Assembly: GCA_963700375.1 (NCBI GenBank)
Contig: CAVOXF010000007.1
Coordinates: 1,010 to 65,009, forward strand
DNA length: 64,000 nucleotides
DNA from: an uncultured Actinomycetota bacterium
GTDB lineage: Bacteria; Actinomycetota; Acidimicrobiia; Spongiisociales; UBA5794
Direction of reading: 5' to 3'
The position numbers were made by a program, and so were the translations under genes. The notes under the pieces are model-generated. The model had not been told where the DNA came from. It worked only from the letters and a program-made list of their open reading frames with translations, and made no database searches. Of the stretch, positions 1 through 7,613 are shown piece by piece (position 1 is the first letter of the stretch; every line of letters begins with the position of its first letter).

Positions 1-98
1 GCGGCAGATCTATGGGGATCAGCCGTTCGAGTGTGCAGCGCCACCTCGATCGAGGGTTGGCCAAACTACACAAGTCGCTGGGGGTAGCCGATGACTGA
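1..98 (+). CDS. 3' end of an ECF-type sigma factor (region 4), partial
   Basis: Manual translation from 12 gives MGISRSSVQRHLDRGLAKLHKSLGVADD*, a typical ECF region 4.2 end. Stop at 96-98 overlaps the next ATG at 91. Confidence 0.7.
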   Translation, partial: GRSMGISRSSVQRHLDRGLAKLHKSLGVADD

Positions 99-920
99 TC
101 TGAGAGAACAAGTTTCCGCGTCTACTTTGACGAAGTCGATCCGCCGTTCGACCCTGCTGGGCTGATCCGCGAACCGCGACCAGAACTGACGCCGACCCGG
201 AGAAGCGTCGGGAGAGGCGTGCTGGTCGCTGGGGCTGCCGCGGCGGTACTGGTGTTGGTTCTGGCTTTGCCACTCCTCCTGTTGGCGATCCAGTCCGAGA
301 CCGCAGGCGCACCATCGGCCACGACAACTGAAGCTCCAACCACTACCACTGAACCGGCTACGACTACAACAGTCGCGACAACCACAGCGCCGGATCAAGC
401 GATCAGTAGAACGCCCGAAGCACCGGCAGAGGTCTTCTCTTGGAGTGAAGGCGATATCAGCGACTGGGTGACCGAGGATGAGATGGAAGCTGTCCTCGCA
501 GACTTGTCGATCGAGTATGTAGGCACGTGTTCTCTACGACGAAGTCGAGTTCGGACGTAGCGGGGAGTCCGACGAATTGGCGTTGGCGGAGTGGGTGTGG
601 GCGGTTGGTCCAATCGACGGTCTGAATCGTTGGGAAGTCAGGGTCCACAACGGTGACCACAACGTGGATGACTTGTGGCTCTACGGGACCGATCTGGAGT
701 CCCCAAAGGGGAGATCACCACGGGCGGTTGGGGGATCTTCACCGCGCGAGGTCCGAACTCTGACGAATCGTTCTGTATCGGTTTGGTTCCGCCCAAGGAG
801 GTATTCGGCCCCTACGTCCAAGACGGGGTATTCAGCGCCGATATCCCAGACGACATCTATGTAGAGATGGTCTCGGCGGTCGCCTCGATGATGCTCGAAG
901 AGTTGCGTTGGGTTGACTAG
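91..920 (+). CDS. Membrane-anchored Thr-rich protein, putative anti-sigma partner (frameshifted, probably sequencing errors)
   Basis: ATG at 91 is coupled to the sigma stop. Short N-terminus (MTDLREQ..YFDEVDPPFDP), one TM helix (VLVAGAAAAVLVLVLALPLLLLA), Thr-rich linker, then an extracellular domain split across ORFs 219-560, 577-864 and 675-920. Confidence 0.55.
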
Positions 921-1147
921 CACCGGCCGACCGAGCGACTACCCACCGCCGCCACGACTCTGACTCAGACTCCACCGCCCATATCCGGCTGGGTGTGTTG
1001 ATTTGCGATGATCAGGGTGGTGTTGCACGCCCCGGTCGGGCGGTGAGGGTCCGGTTGAACTGATACGACCAGTTCGGTTGGTCTCGGTCCGCCGTCCCGG
1101 TGGCGTGTGCCACCCCTTCCGCCTGTTAGCGAGAGAAAGGGGCGGTC

Positions 1148-2186
1148 ATGTCGATGGTATCCAGTGTGGTTGGTGGTGTGGACACGCATGCCGATGTGCA
1201 TGTGGCAGCGGCGCTCGATCAGAACGGTGGTTTGTTGGGGATCGAGTCGTTCCCGGTCAACGAGGCCGGCTACCGGCGGCTCGCCGAGTGGCTCGCCGGG
1301 TTCGGTCCGGTCGTCAAGGTCGGTGTCGAGGGCACCGGGTCGTATGGCGTCGGCCTGGCCCGACACCTCCACGCCAATGGCATCGAAGTGGTGGAGGTGG
1401 ATCGGCCGAATCGTCAGAAGCGCCGCAAACTCGGCAAGTCGGATCCGATCGACGCCGAAGCCGCAGCACGTGCCGCCCTGTCCGGGGAAGCGAACGTGAC
1501 GCCGAAGCGGCGTGACGGGACTGTGGAACAGATGCGGGTGTTGATGATCGTGCGGGGGTTCAGCGCGGATGCAACGCAATCAGACGTTGAACCAGCTCCG
1601 GCAGATCGTGATCTGTGGCCCCGACGAGATCCGGACACGTTTCAAGGACCGATACAAGACTGGCTTGGTGACTGAGGCTGCTGCGATGCGGCCGCGTAAG
1701 GGTTCCGACCCGATCACATACACGACGTATGTGGTGATCCGTAGTCTCGCCCGTCGCATCAAGGACCTCAACGACGAGATGCGCAGCATCGACCAAGCTC
1801 TCACCGAGTTGATCGGCGCCACGGCGCCTTCGCTGCTCGAGTGTTACGGCGTCGGTGCCGCCACCGCCGCCACACTGCTCGTCACGGCGGGCGACAACCC
1901 CGACCGGCTCCACACGGAACGGTCGTGGGCGCATCTGTGCGGTGTCTCACCGGTCCCGGCCGGATCGGGGAAGACCAGCGGACGGGTCCGTTTGAATCAT
2001 GGCGGAGACCGCAACGCCAACGCTGCGCTCTACCAGATCGTCCTCACCCGCATGAGCAGCGACGCCGAGACCCGCAACTACGTCAGGAGACGCCGAGCCG
2101 AAGGCCTCTCCACACGCGAGATCATGCGCTGCCTGAAACGCTACGTCGCCCGACAAACGTTCAAACACCTGCCCCGAGCAGCATGA
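1148..2186 (+). CDS. IS110-family DEDD recombinase/transposase (one frameshift near 1554-1558)
   Basis: RuvC-like motifs GVDTH, VEGTGSYG, KSDPIDA (ORF 1148-1675) and C-terminal GVSPVPAGSG..RLNHGGDRNANAAL (ORF 1569-2186). The frame changes at a G5 run. Confidence 0.92.
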
Positions 2187-2192
2187 AGATCC

Positions 2193-2348
2193 GGTGGGTG
2201 GGGTCTGACCCAGTATCCGGCTGACGCACCATTTCTGGTGCTGTCCTCGTAATGACCTGTCGACCCCACCCGCCCATCCGCCAGGGCGGTGTGACCTCAT
2301 AGGAGCCTGCCACCAACACGGTGTCGCCCAACCCAGTCCTGTCCACCC
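2193..2348 (+). ncRNA. Putative IS110 bridge RNA (target-binding and donor-binding loops)
   Basis: 13-bp stem 2193-2205/2262-2274 encloses an internal loop and the hairpin GCACCA-tttc-TGGTGC. A second loop spans 2284-2348. Loop segments match both element junctions. Confidence 0.7.
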
Positions 2349-2391
2349 AACCCGAAAGCACCTTGACAAAACAGCGCACATAGGAGAGTCA

Positions 2392-2900
2392 TTATGTTCG
2401 GCGGCCGGCGAGGCCGTGGCAGTGCTTGTACTTCCGGCCTGACCCGCACGGGCATCGTTCGTTGCGGCCGATCTTGGCGGACCCGTCGAGTAGGGGACGT
2501 GAGCTTTGACGCAGTTCAGCCTGTCGCTCTCGGGCCTCAAGTTCTTCCTCCCAACGTCGCAGTCGCTCTCCCCGCTCGCGTTCCGCCGCCTCCGCATCGA
2601 CCTCACGCTCTCGGAGTGCGATCTTGGCCTGCTCGACTCGCCAGCTCTTCTTCGGCACGTTCAGCGAACACTGGCACCTCGTCACCGGGGATGTCACCGA
2701 ATACGCTCACGAGCTCGCGGTCGATGAGCATCATGATGGCCCGGCCCATCGAGATCCCCGCTGAGTCGCAGTACCGCTTCCACGTCGCCCACTTCGCCGC
2801 CGTCACCGGAACCCGGACCATCCGGTACACCTCGTCGTGGCCGAGGCCGGAGAGCAGCTTGCGGTCGATCCTCGCCAGCGTGCCTCGTATCGAGTTCCAT
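2392..2900 (-). CDS. RHH-like / coiled-coil / SEC-C motif protein (frameshifted)
   Basis: Joined frames give [62 protein letters not shown], then an E/R-rich coil, then [19 protein letters not shown] (SEC-C). Confidence 0.7.
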
Positions 2901-2912
2901 CACGCGCCCCCT

Positions 2913-2930
2913 GTGTCTACATGTAGACAC
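2913..2930. promoter_or_regulatory. Perfect 18-bp palindrome, putative operator
   Basis: GTGTCTACATGTAGACAC lies just upstream of the RHH-SEC-C gene start. Confidence 0.55.
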
Positions 2931-3277
2931 CGGGCAACTTGTTGCAGGTGCGTGTGTGATTTGGGGGTGTCTGCGCGCATCTGCGATGAGGCGGCCGGCG
3001 TCGTGGCCGTTCTTCGGATCGTTGCGGTCGTGGATGGCATTGGCGGTGCTCCGATTGTGTTCCGGGGGTTCTCGATCGTGGGATTGCCGTGGCGTCTTGG
3101 TTCGTGTTGGATGCAGAGATTGGTCCCGTGCCTGGGTTCTGGCCGACCCAGATAGGGCTCGGACGGATCGTTCAGCCCTTGAATCGCCAACCGGACCAAC
3201 GGGGCCGTCATCGACGACGGAATCTCCACTGAGGCCAACGAGCGTTGAGTGCTCCATGTCCACGGAATAGACACGCC

Positions 3278-3444
3278 AACCCTCTCACCAGAGTGTCAGT
3301 AACCCTTTCACCAAAGTGTCAAGGACCCTCCAATCCCTGTCGTGGACAGCGTTTTCGGACCGTCGGATCACGGATCCGCCGACGTCGAGTTTCTGGCGAA
3401 TGACTGTCGAGTTGGAGGGCTGCTGACACTCTCGCGAGAGGGTC
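3278..3444. repeat. 23-bp-phased direct and inverted repeats upstream of the integrase
   Basis: AACCCTCTCACCAGAGTGTCA (3278-3298), AACCCTTTCACCAAAGTGTCA (3301-3321) and an inverted copy at 3424-3444. Degenerate copies near 3324 and 3401. Confidence 0.75.
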
Positions 3445-3492
3445 ATCCGGCATCGTCGTGGTTGAGGTCGATCCCCGATCCGGCGATAGGAG

Positions 3493-4644
3493 GTGCTCGT
3501 GGCATCGATCCGCAAAGTCGTCCACCGCACCGGCCGCATGTCGTGGCAGGCCCGGTGGCGGGACCCGACCGGGGTCCAACGGTCGAAGAACTTCGGTCGC
3601 CGCATCGACGCCGAACGGTTCCTCGTCACTGTCGAGGCCCGCAGACTCGCCGGCACCTACATCGACCCCAGGGCCGGACGGATCCACCTCGGCGAGTTCA
3701 CCCAGCAGGCGACCGCGGGGTGGGTGAACCGCCGCGACTCGACCAAGGCCCGCGACGAGTCGTATCTGCGTAGCCTCGTCCTGCCCGTCTTCGCCGACAT
3801 GCCGATCGGCGCCATCAGTGTCTTCGACGTCCAGGAATGGGTTTCGAACCTCGACGCCGACGGCTACGCCCCGGCCACCATCCGCAAGGCCTACCAACTG
3901 CTGGGACGGATCTGCAACGACGCCGTCAACGGTGGCCTCATCGCCCGCACCCCCTGCCGCGACGTCACCCTGCCCAAGATCGAACAGACCGAGAAGCGGT
4001 TCCTCTCCCCCGACGAGATCACCCGGCTCGCCGACACCATCCACCCTAGATACAGGGCCCTCGTGATCACCGCGGCGTACACGGGCTGTCGCATCGGGGA
4101 ACTCATCGCCCTCGACACCAACCGCTACCAGCCAGACAAGCGCATCATCCGGATCGAACAGTCCCTCGCCGAAGTCCGCGGCCACCTCCGCTTCGGACAA
4201 CCCAAGACCGCCGCCGCCCGACGCGCCGTCACCGTGCCATCATGGCTCCCCCACGTCATCGACCAGCACTTGGCCGACTACCCGCCCGGACCCGACGGTC
4301 TGATCTTCACCGCGCCTGAAGGCGGACCCATCCGCCGCAACACGTTCCGCAGCCGCTTCTGGCTCCCCGCCGTCGCAGACTCGGTCGCCGAGCCGATGAG
4401 GTTCCACGACCTCAGACACAGCCATGTTGCGCTGCTGATCGCCGAAGGCGCCCACCCTGCCGTGATCGCCTCGAGGCTCGGACACACCAGCGTCAAGACC
4501 GTCCTCGACGTCTACGGCCACCTCTACGAAGGCCTCGACCGCAATGCAGCCGACACGTTGGACCCTCCCTGGGACCCGTCTGATGTGGACGCATTGTGGT
4601 CGCGGCGCAACCGACACCGTGATCAAGGAAGGGGGCTGACCTAG
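3493..4644 (+). CDS. Tyrosine recombinase / phage-type integrase
   Basis: N-terminal arm-binding-like WQARWRDP; catalytic motifs TGCRIGE, PKT, HDLRH, LGH, Y (DVYGH); SD AGGAGG; ends 31 bp from a tRNA 3' end. Confidence 0.95.
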   Translation: MLVASIRKVVHRTGRMSWQARWRDPTGVQRSKNFGRRIDAERFLVTVEARRLAGTYIDPRAGRIHLGEFTQQATAGWVNRRDSTKARDESYLRSLVLPVFADMPIGAISVFDVQEWVSNLDADGYAPATIRKAYQLLGRICNDAVNGGLIARTPCRDVTLPKIEQTEKRFLSPDEITRLADTIHPRYRALVITAAYTGCRIGELIALDTNRYQPDKRIIRIEQSLAEVRGHLRFGQPKTAAARRAVTVPSWLPHVIDQHLADYPPGPDGLIFTAPEGGPIRRNTFRSRFWLPAVADSVAEPMRFHDLRHSHVALLIAEGAHPAVIASRLGHTSVKTVLDVYGHLYEGLDRNAADTLDPPWDPSDVDALWSRRNRHRDQGRGLT

Positions 4645-4675
4645 GAAACCCAACAACCACAAGGGCTCCCGACCG

Positions 4676-4748
4676 TGGGCGTTGACGGGCTCGAACCGCC
4701 GACCTCTGCCTTGTAAGGGCAGCGCTCTCCCAACTGAGCTAAACGCCC
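4676..4748 (-). tRNA. tRNA-Val(TAC)
   Basis: Reverse complement folds as a cloverleaf; anticodon arm CTGCC-CTTACAA-GGCAG; GGTTCGA T-loop; no encoded CCA. Confidence 0.96.
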
Positions 4749-4776
4749 GGAACGGGCATGGTAACGCCGGGTCGGA

Positions 4777-5568
4777 TCAGATCGTACGCGGAAGTGAGAG
4801 ACGTGCGCCGGACCGGGCCGTACGAGTCGTATTGGTGCGCTGGGTCCAACCGCTCGGGTCCACCGTCACGTCGGTGTTGTCGCACCCGCCGGCCTTGCGC
4901 TGCTGGTAGTTCACCGAGACCGTCCGAACCGGAATCGACTGCCCCTCCTCGCCCGTCGCCGACAGATCACTCCACCGCGCCGCAAACGACGCGTGATCAC
5001 AGCGCGCAAACGACTCGGTCCAGACGACGGGGCCTCGGAGGTACTCGCCGGGGCTGTAGAGGTCTCTCACGACCGACACCTCGCCGCTGTGCATGTCTTC
5101 GATGCGGCCCTGCCACGCGAACAAGCCCGCCGGGGCCAGATCGGGCGAGCGGTCGATCACCAGCCGGTAGGGCCGGTTCGGATACCAGAGGAAGTCACGG
5201 GTGTTCGGATCGTTCGGTGTCGATGGCAGGGGCGACGGGGAACCTGCAAGGAGTCCGCCTTCCTCGGGCGGGGCGTAGCCACCCCAGTTCGCTGCGCTCG
5301 CTGCCGGGAATCTCGGATTGTGCTGGAGGCCGAGGTGTGCCCCTCCCCCGCCCGGCTTCACAAACGAGACCTGCAGCGCCCAGAAGACGAGCCGGTCGAC
5401 CGTCGGTAGATCGATGATCTCAAGCGTCGCGGCGACACTGGTCAGGCGTTCCCCGAACGGGACCTCCCACCACAGATGGAACGACGAGGCTCCGTTCCCG
5501 CCTTGCGGCTCGCCCGACACGCGGAGTGCGTCCGCACCGCTGCCAAAGAGCCAATCGAGCCATCCCAT
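4777..5568 (-). CDS. Hypothetical protein (Trp-rich, beta-sandwich-like)
   Basis: 263-aa ORF with protein-like composition (SFHLWW, FWALQVSF, AHLGLQ, VVWTESF). Confidence 0.75.
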   Translation of the reverse strand: MGWLDWLFGSGADALRVSGEPQGGNGASSFHLWWEVPFGERLTSVAATLEIIDLPTVDRLVFWALQVSFVKPGGGGAHLGLQHNPRFPAASAANWGGYAPPEEGGLLAGSPSPLPSTPNDPNTRDFLWYPNRPYRLVIDRSPDLAPAGLFAWQGRIEDMHSGEVSVVRDLYSPGEYLRGPVVWTESFARCDHASFAARWSDLSATGEEGQSIPVRTVSVNYQQRKAGGCDNTDVTVDPSGWTQRTNTTRTARSGARLSLPRTI

Positions 5569-5631
5569 CGTCTCAATGTACCGCCAATCCGACGGGCTGT
5601 CGGCGCACGGCCCCGGTACGCTTCCGCCTCA

Positions 5632-6033
5632 ATGACCGTTACCAAGAGCCGCGTGCTCCGATCGTTGTTCCTCGTCCTTGGGTTCTTCTTCCTGGGGCTT
5701 GCGTTCGTTGGCGTTGCGGTTCCGCTGATTCCCACTGTCGGACCGGTGCTGCTCGCAGCCTTCTTCTTCTCGAAGTCATCGGAGCGATTCGACAACTGGC
5801 TCGTCAACAACCGCCTCTTTGGTGGCATCGTCAGAGACTGGCGGGCCGGCCTCGGCTTCACCATCCGGGCAAAGACGATCGCCATTGTCGCCATCATCGT
5901 CACGTTCACGATCTCGGTGGTGTTCGTCGTCGAGCCGGCGTTGCTCAGAATCGCGTTGGTCGTGTTCGCGTCTGCACTCTCCGTATACATCGCCCAGCTT
6001 CCGACCAAACAGAACGTGCCGGAACCGGTGTAG
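5632..6033 (+). CDS. YbaN/DUF454 family inner membrane protein
   Basis: GVAVPLIPTVGPVLLAAFFFSKSSERFDNWL..LFG.IVRDW signature. Confidence 0.88.
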   Translation: MTVTKSRVLRSLFLVLGFFFLGLAFVGVAVPLIPTVGPVLLAAFFFSKSSERFDNWLVNNRLFGGIVRDWRAGLGFTIRAKTIAIVAIIVTFTISVVFVVEPALLRIALVVFASALSVYIAQLPTKQNVPEPV

Positions 6034-6097
6034 CCGGCCGATCAGTTCGATCGAAGGTTCGGTCGAACGTCCGCGCGAACACATCCGAGATGATGCG

Positions 6098-6427
6098 CTA
6101 TCCCTCCGGATCGGTCGTCGGGAGTTCATCCGGCATCAGAGGACTCGGCCGGTTGCTGTGGTAGCGGTCGAGAGCCTCGGCATCGCAGACCGAACAGAGC
6201 AGTACGATCCGGGTTCCAACAACCGAGAGTTGGGTTCCTCTCCCCTTCTCGACGATTGCGAGCGGTGCGGACTGCATGTCGTCCCCGTCGCACGTGGGAC
6301 ATCGTGGCGAGAGGTCCCGGGTCCATGCGGTACCGCACACCCCGCACGTGACCGTGATCAGATCGTCGGTCCGCTTTCCCATGAGATCGTCGCCTTCAGC
6401 GCACTCCGGACAGCGGAGCGTGTTCAC
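6098..6427 (-). CDS. Zinc-ribbon hypothetical protein
   Basis: Four CxxC pairs (CPEC, CGVC, CPTC, CSVC); start overlaps the upstream stop. Confidence 0.75.
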   Translation of the reverse strand: MNTLRCPECAEGDDLMGKRTDDLITVTCGVCGTAWTRDLSPRCPTCDGDDMQSAPLAIVEKGRGTQLSVVGTRIVLLCSVCDAEALDRYHSNRPSPLMPDELPTTDPEG

Positions 6428-7107
6428 AATGCAGTGAGAGCGCTGTCGACCGCTCGACCGACGGTGAACGGAAGCCCTCCGGTCACGACGGCGGCGCCGG
6501 CGGCCTTCTCGCCGGATGGCAGTTCGAGGAGCACCGTCACCACCGTGGTCCCGTCGACCTCGCGAGTGTTGGTGGCGAATCGCGACGGCGCGGGGAATCC
6601 TCGCAGCCGAGCCACGGCGGATGCAACGGCGGTGGTCAGACCATCGGGACCCGGCTCGACCGCGGCTTCAGCTTCCCGGCCGAGGTCGTCGATCGCGCGG
6701 ATGTCGACGCCGTTGGATGTCTCCTCGATGGCGAGCCTCAAGAAGCGCCCCGCACCGGCGGCCGGAGCATCCTCCACGGCGAGATGCGACGGTTCCGGCT
6801 CGGCGAACGCATTGGGAAGGGTCTCCACGAGGCTGCGCCCGAGACCGGTCCTTCGCTTTGCCGGCTCGGCGGGAGGGAGGTCGTCGTAGTCACGACGATC
6901 GCCGAAGCCGGTCACGGGGCCCGGGTCGAGGCCTTTGAACGATCCGGAGGCCACGAGTCGTTCGACCGAACGCTGAACGTCACGATCGGGCACGGTGCCG
7001 TCGGTCCAGACCCGCACCAGAGGAGGCGCGCCCACTTGAGGTGTCACGTCAACCGACGCGACACCCGGCAAGGAACGCACCGCGTGGCGCAGTTCATCAG
7101 CGGTCAT
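6424..7107 (-). CDS. Hypothetical protein
   Basis: Long ORF, likely start MTADEL after a GGGGA SD; coupled to the zinc-ribbon gene. Confidence 0.7.
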   Translation of the reverse strand: MTADELRHAVRSLPGVASVDVTPQVGAPPLVRVWTDGTVPDRDVQRSVERLVASGSFKGLDPGPVTGFGDRRDYDDLPPAEPAKRRTGLGRSLVETLPNAFAEPEPSHLAVEDAPAAGAGRFLRLAIEETSNGVDIRAIDDLGREAEAAVEPGPDGLTTAVASAVARLRGFPAPSRFATNTREVDGTTVVTVLLELPSGEKAAGAAVVTGGLPFTVGRAVDSALTAL

Positions 7108-7169
7108 GTCGATCCCCCTGATCGAGCCCCACATGGATTGTACCTTGCCCGGGGGGCCCGGAGAAAGGG

Positions 7170-7571
7170 TCAGATTGCCGGCTCCACTCTGGACCAGACC
7201 ATGATGCACGCATTGGCCAGGTACTCGAACCCGTTGTCGGCCAGATAGGCCAGCACGGCCTCGTTCTCCGCTCCCGGCTGGATCCACACCGTCATGAGAC
7301 CGAGCTCCTTGGCCCGCTCGAGGAGGCGAAGCGTTCGCTGCGGCGGCACGACGAAGTTCACGATGTCCGGCGTCTCCGGTAGGTCTCCGAGATCGGCGTA
7401 TGCCGGGTCGCCGTCGATCGTGTCCTTGGTGGGGTTCACGGGATACACCCGGTAGCCCTTCCCCTTGAGATCTCGGTAGATGCGGTTCCCGTACTTCCCG
7501 GGATTGTCGGTGGCACCGACGATTGCGATGACCGGGTTGCCTTCATTGAGCAGCGTGCTGATGGTATCCAT
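7170..7571 (-). CDS. CoA-binding protein (YccU-like)
   Basis: IAIVGATDNPGKYG, YPVNP, VWIQPGAE, NACIM motifs. Confidence 0.9.
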   Translation of the reverse strand: MDTISTLLNEGNPVIAIVGATDNPGKYGNRIYRDLKGKGYRVYPVNPTKDTIDGDPAYADLGDLPETPDIVNFVVPPQRTLRLLERAKELGLMTVWIQPGAENEAVLAYLADNGFEYLANACIMVWSRVEPAI

Positions 7572-7613
7572 GAGATTGGGAACGCTACCGTACCCGGTCG
7601 TCATTCCATCCGG

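Larger units (their letters stand above)
989..2388 (+). mobile_element. IS110-family insertion sequence (ends approximate)
   Basis: IS110 recombinase with structured non-coding ends. Right end reads TTGACA...CATAGGAG. No terminal inverted repeats. Junctions match loop segments in the 3' non-coding region. Confidence 0.85.

Noticed and set aside
1554-1570. Programmed frameshift in the IS110 recombinase
   Set aside because: No slippery heptamer; programmed frameshifting is not typical of IS110; matches the window's G-run error pattern.
2931-3274. ORFs 2694-3263, 2900-3274 and 2956-3270 as an excisionase or rep gene
   Set aside because: No HTH or Rep motifs; translations look non-coding, though frameshift errors could hide a gene.
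3278-3345. 21-bp repeats as a mini-CRISPR
   Set aside because: Gaps between repeats are only 2 bp, so there are no spacers.
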